A stretch of 64,000 bases of DNA, taken from NCBI RefSeq assembly GCF_041886205.1, contig NZ_CP169029.1; one strand, 5' to 3'. This DNA is from Escherichia coli. Its GTDB lineage: Bacteria; Pseudomonadota; Gammaproteobacteria; Enterobacterales; Enterobacteriaceae. Below, piece by piece: positions 28,995-40,920 of the stretch. The first letter of the stretch is position 1; every line of letters starts with the position of its first letter. The notes under the pieces were generated by a model, which was not told the DNA's origin, did not search any database, and worked only from the letters and a program-made list of their open reading frames with translations. The position numbers were made by a program, and so were the translations under genes.

Positions 28995-31628
28995 TTATTT
29001 GGGAAGCGCAGTTCCCCATTCACGCCACTCTTTCGGTTCACTTTCCTGCAACAGGAAGTGTTTGCCTTCCTGGGCTTTCGGTGCCAGTGGCGTACCCGGA
29101 GGCGTGGCGAAGGCGATGCCGCCACGGATAAACTGGTTAAAGGTGCCGGTTTTCACTACGCCGCCCGTCAGACCAAAGTCCAGACTGTAACCCGATGCCA
29201 ACCAGAAGACGGAATTGTTACGCACCAGGTGTTGATAGCGTTTACTGATGCGCATCGCAATCATCACGCGATCTGACAATGTCCCCAGCGTCATTCCTGT
29301 AACCGTACCGACTTCCAGACCACGGAACAGCACAGGCGTACCGATGCCTAACGAACCGGCTTCCGGCGCTTCAACAATAATGCTTAAGCCATCCAGGTAA
29401 CGCGAATCAGTAATGGTGGCCTCTTGTAATTCAAAGTCGCGGCGAGGATTGCCCCGGCCTGGTTCGACGTTGATATACGGCTGGAGGATAGTATCAAGAT
29501 GCTCAACGCCAGCTGCCGAAATTTGCGGTGTGACCACTGAGAAGCGCGTACCACCGCGAGCAAAGGTCTGGACATATTCCGGATAGAGCACCGCCTTTGC
29601 CTGTACTTCATTGCGCGCGGTAATCAGATCCAGCGTCTGGATTTGCCCGATATCAATACCGAGATAGCGAATTGGCATCCCGACCGCCAGTTTTCCGGCA
29701 TCGAAAGCGTGAAGCGTAATCTGCCCACCAACCGCACGGGCCGCTGTTTCGGAAGCATACAGAATTCGTTTGTCGCCTTTACGCTGACTGGCGCTGGCAC
29801 CGCTGAGGTTATCGAAGCTAATGGCTCCCTTTAATGCTCTGGAGAGCGGGGATGCCTGTACGGTCAGGCCACTACCATTCAGCTGAACTTTCGCCCCGCC
29901 TTCTGCCCAGAACACGCTATTGCTGGTCAGAAGGTTGCGATACTCCGGCTTAATATGCAGATCGATATCAAACGCGTTAGCTCGCGGACGGACGGTAATA
30001 ACTTCACCAACTTCAAATTTACGGTAGAGCACTACCGATCCTGCCTGCACATCCGGCAGCGTCTCTGCACTCAAACTCACGGTTGTGGTGGGTAAATCGC
30101 TAAGGCTGTTCTCCAGCGCTTTTTCCAGATTGGCATACAGTGGATAGCTGGCTTTCATCTCGCCTTTATCGCCCGGCAGAATACGTATCCCGCCGTTAAT
30201 CCATTCTGAGGCGCTGGCACCGAGAAACTCAACGCCATCCAGCCCCACCTTCACGTCGACACGGCTGTTTACGACAAATTTGCTATCGCCTTTTACCAGT
30301 TCTCGATGCTGAGGCTCGATGGCGACGGTAAAGGTGACGCCTTTGCTGGTGAGTTTACGATCGATAACCTGGCCTACCTGCACGCCGTGAAGAATGAGCG
30401 GCTGACCCGCATCAATACCGTAACTTTCCGGCGCGGTCAGGGTCAGCGTCAGAACATCAGGTTCATGCAGCAGTGCTTTTTCGCCTGGCACAACAACGAA
30501 CTCTTTGCGTGGCTCGCCATCGCCGGGTACCAACTCGAAGGTTTTGCCAGTCAGCAGGGCGCTGAGATTGGCATCGCTAAGGGATAATTTCGGGTTGCGT
30601 AATTCGATGCGGGTATTTTCCCGTAACAGCGTAACGACGCTGGGATCAACGGTCATTTCCCCAGTGACTTTACCACCAGGATTTAAATCCAGTTTAGTCA
30701 GCTGTCCGACTTCCAGCCCCTGATACATTAACGGCGTCGAGTCGGCGGTTAATCCGGCCCCACTCGGCAGTTCCAGTTTTATTATTACGCCACGCTGGCT
30801 GTGGGCCAGATCTTCATACAGACCAAAGGTATCTTCCGCCTCGGCAGGTTTCGACTCTTCAGGTGAATCGAAGGCAATCGCACCGTTAACCAGTGCCGCC
30901 AGACTTTCCAGTTTCACCTTCGCGCCACTGATACTGACGTTGGCATCAACGCCGGAAACGTTCCAGAAACGGCTACCTTTTTTCACCAGGTCGGTAAAAC
31001 GCCGCTCGATCAGGACATCAATCACCACGCCTTGTTTATTGGGATTGATGGCATAGTCGTAGACTTTACCCACCGGGATCTTGCGGAAATAGACCAATGA
31101 ACCGCTGTTCAGCGAACCGAGATCGGGAGCTTGCAGGTGGATCATCAGATCGCCATTGTCCAGCCGATATTTCGGTTGGGTATCGAGTGCGACAAAGTGA
31201 TCCTGCTCTTTACCTTTACCCGGCATCATGCCGATATAGTTCCCACCGACGAGGGCGTCCAGCCCGGAGACACCTGCCAACGATGCTTTTGGCGTCACCA
31301 GCCAGAATTGAGTCTCTTCGCGCAGCGCATCTTTCATATCGGACTTGATGCTGACCTTGACTTCAATCTTACGAAGATCGTCGCTGAGGCTGATATCCTG
31401 CACTGTTCCGACTTCAACGCCCTGATAACGAACAGGCGTACGGCCCGGGACAATACCATCCGCCGACATAAAGTCGATGGTGACGGTATTACCCCGGTCC
31501 TGATAACTGTCCCAAATCAGCCAACCGGCAATCATTAGCGCGATGAAAGGCAGCAGCCAGAAAGGTGAGATACGGCGTTTATTTTTAATCTGCGCTTCAG
31601 TCGTCGAAGCGGGCGTTTCCTGACTCAT
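28995..31628 (-). CDS. letB: MCE-domain lipophilic envelope-spanning tunnel protein
   Basis: Start set at [19 protein letters not shown] (877 aa); multiple tandem MCE domains; overlaps letA. Confidence 0.93.
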   Translation of the reverse strand: MSQETPASTTEAQIKNKRRISPFWLLPFIALMIAGWLIWDSYQDRGNTVTIDFMSADGIVPGRTPVRYQGVEVGTVQDISLSDDLRKIEVKVSIKSDMKDALREETQFWLVTPKASLAGVSGLDALVGGNYIGMMPGKGKEQDHFVALDTQPKYRLDNGDLMIHLQAPDLGSLNSGSLVYFRKIPVGKVYDYAINPNKQGVVIDVLIERRFTDLVKKGSRFWNVSGVDANVSISGAKVKLESLAALVNGAIAFDSPEESKPAEAEDTFGLYEDLAHSQRGVIIKLELPSGAGLTADSTPLMYQGLEVGQLTKLDLNPGGKVTGEMTVDPSVVTLLRENTRIELRNPKLSLSDANLSALLTGKTFELVPGDGEPRKEFVVVPGEKALLHEPDVLTLTLTAPESYGIDAGQPLILHGVQVGQVIDRKLTSKGVTFTVAIEPQHRELVKGDSKFVVNSRVDVKVGLDGVEFLGASASEWINGGIRILPGDKGEMKASYPLYANLEKALENSLSDLPTTTVSLSAETLPDVQAGSVVLYRKFEVGEVITVRPRANAFDIDLHIKPEYRNLLTSNSVFWAEGGAKVQLNGSGLTVQASPLSRALKGAISFDNLSGASASQRKGDKRILYASETAARAVGGQITLHAFDAGKLAVGMPIRYLGIDIGQIQTLDLITARNEVQAKAVLYPEYVQTFARGGTRFSVVTPQISAAGVEHLDTILQPYINVEPGRGNPRRDFELQEATITDSRYLDGLSIIVEAPEAGSLGIGTPVLFRGLEVGTVTGMTLGTLSDRVMIAMRISKRYQHLVRNNSVFWLASGYSLDFGLTGGVVKTGTFNQFIRGGIAFATPPGTPLAPKAQEGKHFLLQESEPKEWREWGTALPK

Positions 31629-32880
31629 GTGCATCCCAAAGTAAGCGGCTGTCCAGCCATTCCACAGCAAGAATAGTCAAAATTACCGCTGCGCCGAAAT
31701 AAAACGCAGCCGGTCCCATAGTAAAAGCGAGGATCTGATCGCGATTAATCAGCGACATGGTTAAAGATATGACAAACAGGTCGAGCATCGACCAGCGACC
31801 AATCCAGGTCACCATCCGCAGTAACAGAATGCGTGTGCGTAAACCTTGCTGGCATTTAAAATGAATGCTCAACAGTAAAGTGAACATGACGATCACTTTA
31901 GTAAACGGTACCAGAATACTGGCGATAAACACGATTCCCGCAACCGCAATGTTGCTACTTGCCAGCGACATAATTCCGGAAAGAATTGTATCTTCCTGCC
32001 GTCCTCCGTTCAGATAAATGATAGAAATAGGCAACAGGTTGGCAGGTAACAACAAAACGATTGACGCTAACAGCGCCGCCCAGCATTTTTGCAAACTATG
32101 ACGGCGACGCAGGCGTAGCGGGATATGGCAACGCGGGCAGCGACCACGCTGATCAGGATAGCCGGTAAAATGGCACCCAAGACAGACACGGAGTTTCTCG
32201 TCCCTACGCGTAGCGGGGCGCTGCGGATAAAATCGCTCCCACAGCTCCTCGACATTAAGATGTGACAACGTCACCGTCGTTAAAATCACCAACGCCACAA
32301 AAGAGAACAAGCCCACACCCGCCTGGATATGGGCATAATCCTGTACCTTTATAGAAGCAACGCCAATGCCGACCAGGTAGATATCCAGCATTACCCACTC
32401 TTTAAGTCGCTCAAGCATCAGCAGTACCGGGCGTAGATTCATTCCCAGTCGGTTACCAAACCATAAATAAGCTATGGAGGTCACCAGAATGAGGGGGGCA
32501 CCGATAACGCAGAAAAAGACCATCGACCCCGTTATCGCATCGCCCTGTTTGGTCATTTGCCAGATGCCTTGCATAACGTTGGCGTCAATACGAATGCCTA
32601 ACAGCCAGATATGCAACAGCGGTTCGCCCCAGGCAAACGGCATCAGCAACAGCATGGTGAAAGCCATTGCCGCCAGGCGCGTTAGCGACCAGTCGCGCCC
32701 GTCGCGAATTTTTGCCTGACAGCGCGGACAATAGGCACTCTGATGAGAATTTATCTCGGGCAGGCTAAACAGCATGTCACATTGCGGGCAACGTTGGTAA
32801 TCACCACGCGGCAGTTCCTCGCCGATTGACATCACTGTTATCTTTTTTGTCGGCGTAATCTGTGGTGTGTTAAGAGCCAT
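31597..32880 (-). CDS. letA: PqiA-family inner membrane protein
   Basis: 427 aa with CxxC pairs and duplicated PqiA-like membrane domains; 32 bp overlap with letB. Confidence 0.93.
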   Translation of the reverse strand: MALNTPQITPTKKITVMSIGEELPRGDYQRCPQCDMLFSLPEINSHQSAYCPRCQAKIRDGRDWSLTRLAAMAFTMLLLMPFAWGEPLLHIWLLGIRIDANVMQGIWQMTKQGDAITGSMVFFCVIGAPLILVTSIAYLWFGNRLGMNLRPVLLMLERLKEWVMLDIYLVGIGVASIKVQDYAHIQAGVGLFSFVALVILTTVTLSHLNVEELWERFYPQRPATRRDEKLRVCLGCHFTGYPDQRGRCPRCHIPLRLRRRHSLQKCWAALLASIVLLLPANLLPISIIYLNGGRQEDTILSGIMSLASSNIAVAGIVFIASILVPFTKVIVMFTLLLSIHFKCQQGLRTRILLLRMVTWIGRWSMLDLFVISLTMSLINRDQILAFTMGPAAFYFGAAVILTILAVEWLDSRLLWDAHESGNARFDD

Positions 32881-33009
32881 GACGTGCCAAATGTAATAAG
32901 AATTAACATTAATATTAACCCATGATTGGAATGATCTTGAGCATTAACGCATTTAATGCTTATTTTAATAGGCTGGCAGTTCCAGGTAAGACAACCAAGT
33001 GATTATATA

Positions 33010-33507
33010 ATGAACAAAACAGAATTTTACGCGGATTTAAATCGCGACTTTAACGCGCTGATGGCGGGAGAAACCAGTTTTCTGGCAACGCTTGCGAACA
33101 CCAGTGCGTTGTTATACGAGCGTCTCACTGACGTAAACTGGGCAGGTTTTTATTTGCTTGAGGACGATACACTGGTACTCGGACCATTTCAGGGCAAAAT
33201 TGCCTGTGTCCGGATACCCGTCGGGCGCGGGGTGTGCGGCACTGCGGTTGCCCGCAATCAAGTGCAGCGTATCGAGGATGTTCACGCGTTTGACGGGCAT
33301 ATTGCCTGTGATGCGGCGAGTAATTCTGAAATTGTTCTGCCGCTGGTGGTGAAAAATCAGATTATTGGTGTTCTTGACATCGATAGTACCGTCTTCGGTC
33401 GCTTTACAGACGAGGACGAGCAAGGCTTACGTCAGCTTGTGGCACAGCTTGAAAAAGTGCTTGCAACGACGGATTACAAAAAATTCTTTGCGAGCGTCGC
33501 AGGATAA
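33010..33507 (+). CDS. msrC: free methionine-(R)-sulfoxide reductase (GAF domain)
   Basis: Start set at MNKTEFYADLNRDF (165 aa). Confidence 0.9.
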   Translation: MNKTEFYADLNRDFNALMAGETSFLATLANTSALLYERLTDVNWAGFYLLEDDTLVLGPFQGKIACVRIPVGRGVCGTAVARNQVQRIEDVHAFDGHIACDAASNSEIVLPLVVKNQIIGVLDIDSTVFGRFTDEDEQGLRQLVAQLEKVLATTDYKKFFASVAG

Positions 33508-33603
33508 TCAACGGATAACGTAGCATTTACTGGTAGCGTCATTATAATGACGCCTGTTCATGCCTGCGCTTGTTGGCTACGTCCGTTGTAATCAGGAAAT
33601 TTC

Positions 33604-34302
33604 ATGGAAAATCAACCTAAGTTGAATAGCAGTAAAGAAGTAATCGCGTTTCTGGCCGAACGTTTTCCCCACTGTTTCAGTGCGGAAGGTGAAGCGCGTC
33701 CGCTGAAAATCGGTATTTTTCAGGATTTGGTCGATCGTGTTGCCGGGGAAATGAACCTGAGCAAAACGCAATTACGATCCGCTTTACGTCTCTACACTTC
33801 GAGCTGGCGTTATCTTTACGGTGTTAAACCCGGCGCAACGCGTGTCGATCTTGACGGCAACCCATGCGGTGAGCTGGACGAGCAACATGTAGAGCATGCT
33901 CGCAAGCAGCTTGAAGAAGCGAAAGCGCGTGTTCAGGCACAGCGTGCTGAACAGCAAGCGAAAAAACGCGAAGCTGCCGCAGCTGCTGGTGAGAAAGAAG
34001 ACGCACCGCGCCGCGAACGCAAGCCACGTCCGACCACGCCACGCCGCAAAGAAGGCGCTGAACGTAAACCTCGTGCGCAAAAGCCGGTAGAGAAAGCGCC
34101 AAAAACAGTAAAAGCACCTCGCGAAGAACAGCACACCCCGGTTTCTGACATTTCAGCTCTGACTGTCGGACAAGCCCTGAAGGTGAAAGCGGGTCAAAAC
34201 GCGATGGATGCCACCGTATTAGAAATCACCAAAGACGGCGTCCGCGTCCAGCTGAATTCGGGTATGTCTTTGATTGTGCGCGCAGAACACCTGGTGTTCT
34301 GA
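33604..34302 (+). CDS. proQ: RNA chaperone ProQ
   Basis: 232 aa; FinO-like N-terminus and Lys/Arg/Glu-rich linker. Confidence 0.95.
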
Positions 34303-34321
34303 AACGGAGGCCGGGCCAGGC

Positions 34322-36370
34322 ATGAACATGTTTTTTAGGCTTACCGCGTTAGCTGGCCTGCTTGCAATAGCAGGCCAGACCTTCGCTGTAGAAGATATCA
34401 CGCGTGCTGATCAAATTCCGGTATTAAAGGAAGAGACGCAGCATGCGACGGTAAGTGAGCGCGTAACGTCGCGCTTCACCCGTTCTCATTATCGCCAGTT
34501 CGACCTCGATCAGGCATTTTCGGCCAAAATCTTTGACCGCTACCTGAATCTGCTCGATTACAGCCACAATGTGCTGCTGGCAAGCGATGTTGAACAGTTC
34601 GCGAAAAAGAAAACCGAGTTAGGCGATGAATTGCGTTCAGGCAAACTCGACGTTTTCTACGATCTCTACAATCTGGCGCAAAAGCGCCGTTTTGAACGTT
34701 ACCAGTACGCTTTGTCGGTACTGGAAAAGCCGATGGATTTCACCGGCAACGACACTTATAACCTTGACCGCAGCAAAGCGCCCTGGCCGAAAAACGAGGC
34801 TGAGTTGAACGCGCTGTGGGACAGTAAAGTCAAATTCGACGAGTTAAGCCTGAAGCTGGCAGGAAAAACGGATAAAGAAATTCGTGAAACCCTGACACGC
34901 CGCTACAAATTTGCCATTCGTCGTCTGGCGCAAACCAACAGCGAAGATGTTTTCTCGCTGGCAATGACGGCGTTTGCGCGTGAAATCGACCCGCATACCA
35001 ACTATCTTTCCCCGCGTAATACCGAACAGTTCAACACTGAAATGAGTTTGTCGCTGGAAGGTATTGGCGCAGTGCTGCAAATGGATGATGACTACACCGT
35101 TATCAATTCGATGGTGGCAGGTGGTCCGGCAGCGAAGAGTAAAGCTATCAGCGTTGGTGACAAAATTGTCGGTGTTGGTCAAACAGGCAAGCCGATGGTT
35201 GACGTGATTGGCTGGCGTCTTGATGATGTGGTTGCCTTAATTAAAGGGCCGAAGGGCAGTAAAGTTCGTCTGGAAATTTTACCTGCTGGTAAAGGGACCA
35301 AGACCCGCACTGTAACATTGACCCGTGAACGTATTCGTCTCGAAGACCGCGCGGTTAAAATGTCGGTGAAGACCGTCGGTAAAGAGAAAGTCGGCGTGCT
35401 GGATATTCCGGGCTTCTATGTGGGTTTGACAGACGATGTCAAAGTTCAACTGCAGAAACTGGAAAAACAGAATGTCAGCAGTGTGATCATCGACCTGCGT
35501 AGCAATGGCGGTGGGGCGTTGACCGAAGCGGTATCGCTCTCCGGTCTGTTTATTCCTGCGGGTCCCATTGTTCAGGTCCGCGATAACAACGGCAAGGTTC
35601 GTGAAGACAGCGATACCGACGGGCAGGTGTTCTTTAAAGGCCCGCTGGTGGTACTGGTTGACCGTTTCAGTGCTTCGGCTTCAGAAATCTTTGCCGCGGC
35701 AATGCAGGATTACGGTCGTGCGCTGGTTGTTGGTGAACCGACGTTTGGTAAAGGCACCGTTCAGCAATACCGTTCATTGAACCGTATTTACGATCAGATG
35801 TTACGTCCTGAATGGCCAGCGCTGGGTTCTGTGCAGTACACGATCCAGAAATTCTATCGCGTTAACGGCGGCAGTACGCAACGTAAAGGCGTAACGCCAG
35901 ACATCATCATGCCGACGGGTAATGAAGAAACGGAAACGGGTGAGAAATTCGAAGATAACGCGCTGCCGTGGGATAGCATTGATGCCGCGACTTATGTGAA
36001 ATCAGGCGATTTAACGGCCTTTGGGCCGGAGCTGCTGAAGGAACATAATGCGCGTATCGCGAAAGATCCTGAGTTCCAGAACATCATGAAGGATATCGCG
36101 CGCTTCAACGCTATGAAGGACAAGCGCAATATCGTTTCTCTGAACTACGCTGTGCGTGAGAAAGAGAATAATGAAGATGATGCGACGCGTCTGGCGCGTT
36201 TGAACGAACGCTTTAAACGCGAAGGTAAACCGGAGTTGAAGAAGCTGGATGATCTACCGAAAGATTACCAGGAGCCGGATCCTTATCTGGATGAGACGGT
36301 GAATATCGCACTCGATCTGGCGAAGCTTGAAAAAGCCAGACCCGCGGAACAACCCGCTCCCGTCAAGTAA
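34322..36370 (+). CDS. prc: tail-specific protease (C-terminal processing peptidase)
   Basis: Start set at MNMFFRLTALAGLLAIAGQTFA (682 aa); directly downstream of proQ. Confidence 0.95.
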   Translation: MNMFFRLTALAGLLAIAGQTFAVEDITRADQIPVLKEETQHATVSERVTSRFTRSHYRQFDLDQAFSAKIFDRYLNLLDYSHNVLLASDVEQFAKKKTELGDELRSGKLDVFYDLYNLAQKRRFERYQYALSVLEKPMDFTGNDTYNLDRSKAPWPKNEAELNALWDSKVKFDELSLKLAGKTDKEIRETLTRRYKFAIRRLAQTNSEDVFSLAMTAFAREIDPHTNYLSPRNTEQFNTEMSLSLEGIGAVLQMDDDYTVINSMVAGGPAAKSKAISVGDKIVGVGQTGKPMVDVIGWRLDDVVALIKGPKGSKVRLEILPAGKGTKTRTVTLTRERIRLEDRAVKMSVKTVGKEKVGVLDIPGFYVGLTDDVKVQLQKLEKQNVSSVIIDLRSNGGGALTEAVSLSGLFIPAGPIVQVRDNNGKVREDSDTDGQVFFKGPLVVLVDRFSASASEIFAAAMQDYGRALVVGEPTFGKGTVQQYRSLNRIYDQMLRPEWPALGSVQYTIQKFYRVNGGSTQRKGVTPDIIMPTGNEETETGEKFEDNALPWDSIDAATYVKSGDLTAFGPELLKEHNARIAKDPEFQNIMKDIARFNAMKDKRNIVSLNYAVREKENNEDDATRLARLNERFKREGKPELKKLDDLPKDYQEPDPYLDETVNIALDLAKLEKARPAEQPAPVK

Positions 36371-36376
36371 TATCAA

Positions 36377-36406
36377 TCAGGCACAAGAAATTGTGCCTGA
36401 TTTTTT
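36377..36406 (+). terminator. intrinsic terminator after prc
   Basis: TCAGGCACAA-GAAA-TTGTGCCTGA followed by TTTTTT. Confidence 0.75.
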
Positions 36407-36561
36407 AACAGCGGCAAGATGCCGTAAATCAGATGCTACAAAATGTAAAGTTGTGTCTTTCTGGTGACTTACGCACTATCCAGACTTGAAAATAGTCGCG
36501 TAACCCATACGATGTGGGTATCGCATATTGCGTTTTGTTAAACTGAGGTAAAAAGAAAATT

Positions 36562-37443
36562 ATGATGCGAATCGCGCTCTTCCTGCTAACGAACCTGGCC
36601 GTAATGGTCGTTTTCGGGCTGGTACTGAGCCTGACAGGGATACAGTCGAGCAGCGTTCAGGGGCTGATGATCATGGCCTTGCTGTTCGGTTTTGGTGGTT
36701 CCTTCGTTTCGCTTCTGATGTCCAAATGGATGGCATTACGATCTGTTGGCGGGGAAGTGATCGAGCAACCGCGTAACGAAAGGGAACGTTGGCTGGTCAA
36801 TACTGTAGCAACCCAGGCTCGTCAGGCAGGGATCGCTATGCCGCAAGTGGCTATCTACCATGCGCCGGACATCAACGCTTTTGCAACCGGTGCGCGCCGT
36901 GATGCCTCTCTGGTTGCTGTCAGCACCGGTTTGCTGCAGAACATGAGCCCGGATGAAGCCGAGGCGGTAATTGCTCACGAAATCAGCCACATCGCCAATG
37001 GTGATATGGTTACCATGACGCTGATTCAGGGCGTGGTGAACACCTTCGTTATCTTTATTTCCCGTATTCTGGCGCAGCTTGCCGCGGGTTTTATGGGCGG
37101 AAATCGTGATGAAGGTGAAGAGAGCAACGGCAACCCGCTGATCTACTTTGCGGTTGCAACGGTTCTGGAACTGGTGTTTGGTATTCTGGCGAGCATTATC
37201 ACCATGTGGTTCTCGCGTCATCGTGAATTCCATGCTGATGCCGGTTCGGCAAAACTGGTTGGTCGCGAGAAAATGATTGCCGCGCTGCAGCGCCTGAAAA
37301 CCAGCTATGAACCGCAAGAAGCAACCAGCATGATGGCTTTCTGCATTAACGGTAAGTCGAAATCGCTCAGTGAGTTGTTCATGACTCACCCGCCGCTGGA
37401 TAAACGAATTGAAGCTCTGCGTACGGGTGAATACCTGAAGTAA
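36562..37443 (+). CDS. htpX: membrane zinc metalloprotease HtpX
   Basis: 293 aa; HEISH zinc motif. Confidence 0.96.
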
Positions 37444-37458
37444 TATGAAGTAAATACT

Positions 37459-37491
37459 AAAAAGCGCGTCCTGATCGACGCGCTTTTTTTA
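37459..37491. terminator. bidirectional terminator between htpX and yebQ
   Basis: AAAAAGCGCGTC-loop-GACGCGCTTTTTTT. Confidence 0.75.
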
Positions 37492-38862
37492 TGCCCTGGA
37501 TCGTGGCTGAGTGATACGTAAACCACTGACACAGGCAGCAATCACTGCCAGAATAGCCGCAGCCATCAGCGAAACGTGCGTACCATTATCACCGAACTGA
37601 TTTAGCATCAGCGCCACCAGTGCCGCGCCGCTACTCTGACCCAGTAGACGAGCCGTTCCTAACATGCCACTGGCTCCACCGCTACGTTCGCGAGGAGCGG
37701 AGGTAATAATGGTGTGGTTATTGGGTGACTGGAACAAGCCAAATCCAGCGCCACATAAGATCATCGGCCAGATAATATTGATATCCGCAGGTGACGCGGG
37801 CAGCAGAACCAGGGAAAAAAGCCCCGCAGCCATGATGAACAACCCTAGAGCACCCAGCAATCCTGCATGTACGCGTTCAATCAAATAGCCTGCCAACGGA
37901 GCCATCACCATCGTTGCTAACGGCCACGGTGTCAGAAGTAAACCTGTTTCGACTTCACTACGCCCGAGCAAGGTTTGCAGGTAAAAGGGCAGGGAAACCA
38001 TTGCCAGCATTTGTGCGCAGAAAGAGCAAACAGATGTGCAAATAGAAAGTGAAAACAGCGGGATACGCAGTAAATCCACCGGTAGCAGCGGTACGGGAAG
38101 AGAAAGCTGGCGGCGAATAAAGAAAATACCAACAACAACCATTACCACCAGTTCCGCAGCAATTAACGTCAGCGATTGCCCCTGAGCGAAACCACTCAAC
38201 GCAGTGATAAGCAGGCCGAAGGTTAACGCGTTCATCACGGCGCTGGGCAGGTCGAAACGGGGTTTACTGGCGCGAGAACCATTGGGTGGCAGAAAACGCA
38301 TCGCCAGAAGCAGGGCGATAATACCTAACGGTACGTTGATTAAAAATAACCATTTCCAGGATGCGATGGAGAGGATTGCTGCAGCAATTGTCGGCCCGGC
38401 AGCAGAAGAGACGGCAACAATAAACGAGTTTATGCCCATCCCTCTCCCCAGAAAACGTTGTGGATAGATCAGGCGGATAAGTGCGGTATTAACGCTCATC
38501 AACGCTGCACCGCCGAAACCTTGTATGACACGCGCAAGGGTGAGCATTTGCAGCGAATCAGAAAGGGCGCAGAACAGTGAAGACAACAGAAAAACGACCA
38601 GACCGCATTTATAAATACGTCGATAGCCAAACATATCGCCCAGAAACGAAAACGAGAGCAGGGAGATGACAATGGCGATTTGATAGGCGTTCACTACCCA
38701 GATGGAACTGGCTGGCGTGGCATGAAGGTCCGTGGCGATTGTTGGCAGGGCGACGTTGGCGATTGCGCCGTCAAGGACAGCCATCGAAATACCAATCACA
38801 ATGGTTAATATCGCACCGTATCGCTGGGGCAATGGCAGGCCGTCGGCCTGAACTTTTGGCAT
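37489..38862 (-). CDS. yebQ: MFS transporter YebQ
   Basis: Start set at MPKVQADGLPLPQRYGAILT (457 aa); 14-TM-like drug/H+ antiporter profile. Confidence 0.88.
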   Translation of the reverse strand: MPKVQADGLPLPQRYGAILTIVIGISMAVLDGAIANVALPTIATDLHATPASSIWVVNAYQIAIVISLLSFSFLGDMFGYRRIYKCGLVVFLLSSLFCALSDSLQMLTLARVIQGFGGAALMSVNTALIRLIYPQRFLGRGMGINSFIVAVSSAAGPTIAAAILSIASWKWLFLINVPLGIIALLLAMRFLPPNGSRASKPRFDLPSAVMNALTFGLLITALSGFAQGQSLTLIAAELVVMVVVGIFFIRRQLSLPVPLLPVDLLRIPLFSLSICTSVCSFCAQMLAMVSLPFYLQTLLGRSEVETGLLLTPWPLATMVMAPLAGYLIERVHAGLLGALGLFIMAAGLFSLVLLPASPADINIIWPMILCGAGFGLFQSPNNHTIITSAPRERSGGASGMLGTARLLGQSSGAALVALMLNQFGDNGTHVSLMAAAILAVIAACVSGLRITQPRSRA

Positions 38863-39038
38863 AGGAATTTTATATCTTTGGTGAATAATCAACAGGGGTA
38901 TGATTCTAGCACTGATATTCACGGTGGATGTCGCAGAATTGTAACTAACCGGCAAAAGATGGATTGCGACCACCCTGGTGCGAAATTATAATAAAAAACA
39001 GTTCTGATTTTTATAAAACACTCGCAATGAGGTGATAA

Positions 39039-39830
39039 ATGGCTAACGCAGATCTGGATAAACAGCCTGATTCTGTATCTTCCGTGCTAAAAGTTTTTGG
39101 CATTTTGCAGGCGCTGGGTGAAGAGCGCGAAATAGGGATAACCGAGCTGTCGCAGCGCGTCATGATGTCAAAAAGCACCGTTTATCGCTTTTTACAGACC
39201 ATGAAAACCTTAGGTTATGTGGCGCAGGAAGGGGAGTCGGAGAAATATTCCCTGACCCTGAAATTGTTTGAACTGGGCGCTCGCGCGTTACAAAACGTCG
39301 ATTTAATTCGTAGCGCAGATATCCAGATGCGTGAGATCTCCCGCCTGACCAAAGAAACTATCCACCTCGGCGCACTGGACGAAGACAGTATTGTTTACAT
39401 TCACAAAATTGACTCTATGTACAATTTGCGCATGTATTCACGGATTGGGCGTCGTAATCCGCTGTACAGCACCGCGATTGGTAAGGTACTGCTGGCATGG
39501 CGCGATCGCGATGAAGTGAAGCAAATTCTTGAGGGCGTGGAGTATAAACGCAGTACCGAGCGGACCATCACCAGTACAGAAGCGTTATTACCCGTTCTGG
39601 ACCAGGTGCGCGAGCAGGGGTATGGCGAAGATAACGAAGAGCAGGAAGAAGGGCTGCGATGCATTGCGGTACCGGTATTTGATCGCTTTGGCGTGGTCAT
39701 TGCCGGTTTGAGCATCTCCTTCCCGACGTTGCGTTTCTCTGAAGAGCGTTTACAGGAATATGTCGCAATGTTGCATACCGCAGCGCGCAAAATTTCTGCC
39801 CAAATGGGTTATCACGACTATCCGTTCTGA
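39039..39830 (+). CDS. kdgR: IclR-family regulator KdgR
   Basis: 263 aa ORF with N-terminal HTH and IclR effector domain. Confidence 0.95.
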   Translation: MANADLDKQPDSVSSVLKVFGILQALGEEREIGITELSQRVMMSKSTVYRFLQTMKTLGYVAQEGESEKYSLTLKLFELGARALQNVDLIRSADIQMREISRLTKETIHLGALDEDSIVYIHKIDSMYNLRMYSRIGRRNPLYSTAIGKVLLAWRDRDEVKQILEGVEYKRSTERTITSTEALLPVLDQVREQGYGEDNEEQEEGLRCIAVPVFDRFGVVIAGLSISFPTLRFSEERLQEYVAMLHTAARKISAQMGYHDYPF

Positions 39831-39839
39831 TGAGAGTAA

Positions 39840-39877
39840 GAACCTGTCGGAATATCAAACAGACAGGTTCTTTATTT
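39840..39877 (+). terminator. intrinsic terminator after kdgR
   Basis: GAACCTGTC-loop-GACAGGTTC followed by TTTATTT. Confidence 0.65.
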
Positions 39878-39972
39878 AGCATGAGAAAAATAAAGTTGAA
39901 GGTGCGTTATATTAAACGCGCTTGCTATAAGAATATTTTACTCATGAGTGAGAATCTGGTTATTTATTACCC

Positions 39973-40212
39973 TTAACCATTATCGACCACGATATTGCTT
40001 TTACGTAACAGTGGGCAATCTGTTATCCCCAAGAAACCACTTTTAGTGTGCAAGTATTGTACCGTGCTGGTGCCTCTGGCAGTCAGATAGGTACATTGCA
40101 AACCTAATCCTGCGGCATTCTCTTTGCTTCCAATCAAAACGCCATATCCGCTGAGTAATAATCCTATCCATACCAGTGCTATCAGCATAACTGTGCGAAT
40201 GATGAATCGCAT
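39973..40212 (-). CDS. yobH: small secreted/membrane protein YobH
   Basis: 79 aa ORF with N-terminal hydrophobic segment; synteny between kdgR and mgrB. Confidence 0.78.
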   Translation of the reverse strand: MRFIIRTVMLIALVWIGLLLSGYGVLIGSKENAAGLGLQCTYLTARGTSTVQYLHTKSGFLGITDCPLLRKSNIVVDNG

Positions 40213-40370
40213 TACAACCTCTTCTCTTTTTATGTTCGCTTAATCGTAGCGGCAATATGCGCTGAAGCAAGCTACTCATTCCGAAAAAGCACGAATATCG
40301 ACATAGTTAGGCGCTGTTTAACTAACGCATGCTAGTTTAATGACATAAGGTAGGTGAAGCGGAGATTGGA

Positions 40371-40514
40371 GTGAAAAAGTTTCGATGGGTCGTTCTGGTT
40401 GTCGTGGTGTTGGCTTGCTTGCTGCTTTGGGCGCAGGTATTCAACATGATGTGCGATCAGGATGTACAATTTTTCAGCGGAATTTGTGCCATTAACCAGT
40501 TTATCCCGTGGTGA
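40371..40514 (+). CDS. mgrB: PhoQ-inhibiting small membrane protein MgrB
   Basis: 47 aa ([47 protein letters not shown]) with GTG start; below the track length cutoff; GTTTA direct repeats upstream resemble PhoP half-sites. Confidence 0.85.
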
Positions 40515-40588
40515 TATCATTTTTTCAGCACTAGATTTTCTTCCTCTCCAGCAGTGGTAGAATAGCGCCTCTACTCAGAGGTGGTGAA

Positions 40589-40876
40589 ATGAACGAAGTT
40601 GTAAATTCAGGCGTGATGAACATTGCGTCTTTGGTTGTATCGGTGGTGGTTCTTCTTATCGGGCTCATCTTGTGGTTTTTTATCAATCGTGCCAGTTCTC
40701 GGACTAACGAACAGATTGAACTGCTTGAGGCGTTGCTGGATCAGCAAAAACGTCAAAATGCACTGTTACGTCGTTTGTGCGAAGCAAACGAACCTGAGAA
40801 AGCAGATAAAAAGACCGTTGAGAGTCAAAAATCGGTTGAAGACGAAGATATTATTCGTCTGGTCGCCGAACGATAA
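40589..40876 (+). CDS. yebO: small membrane protein YebO
   Basis: 95 aa ORF with one N-terminal TM segment. Confidence 0.85.
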   Translation: MNEVVNSGVMNIASLVVSVVVLLIGLILWFFINRASSRTNEQIELLEALLDQQKRQNALLRRLCEANEPEKADKKTVESQKSVEDEDIIRLVAER

Positions 40877-40890
40877 TCCTTCCTCAATCT

Positions 40891-40920
40891 TGAGTAACCC
40901 CGTCGTTGAAGGGTTACTCA
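40891..40920 (+). terminator. perfect 10 bp stem-loop after yebO (no clear T-run)
   Basis: TGAGTAACCC-10 nt loop-GGGTTACTCA. Confidence 0.4.

Noticed and set aside
36736-37389. 217 aa ORF antisense to htpX
   Set aside because: Nested within and opposite to the htpX coding frame; no independent support
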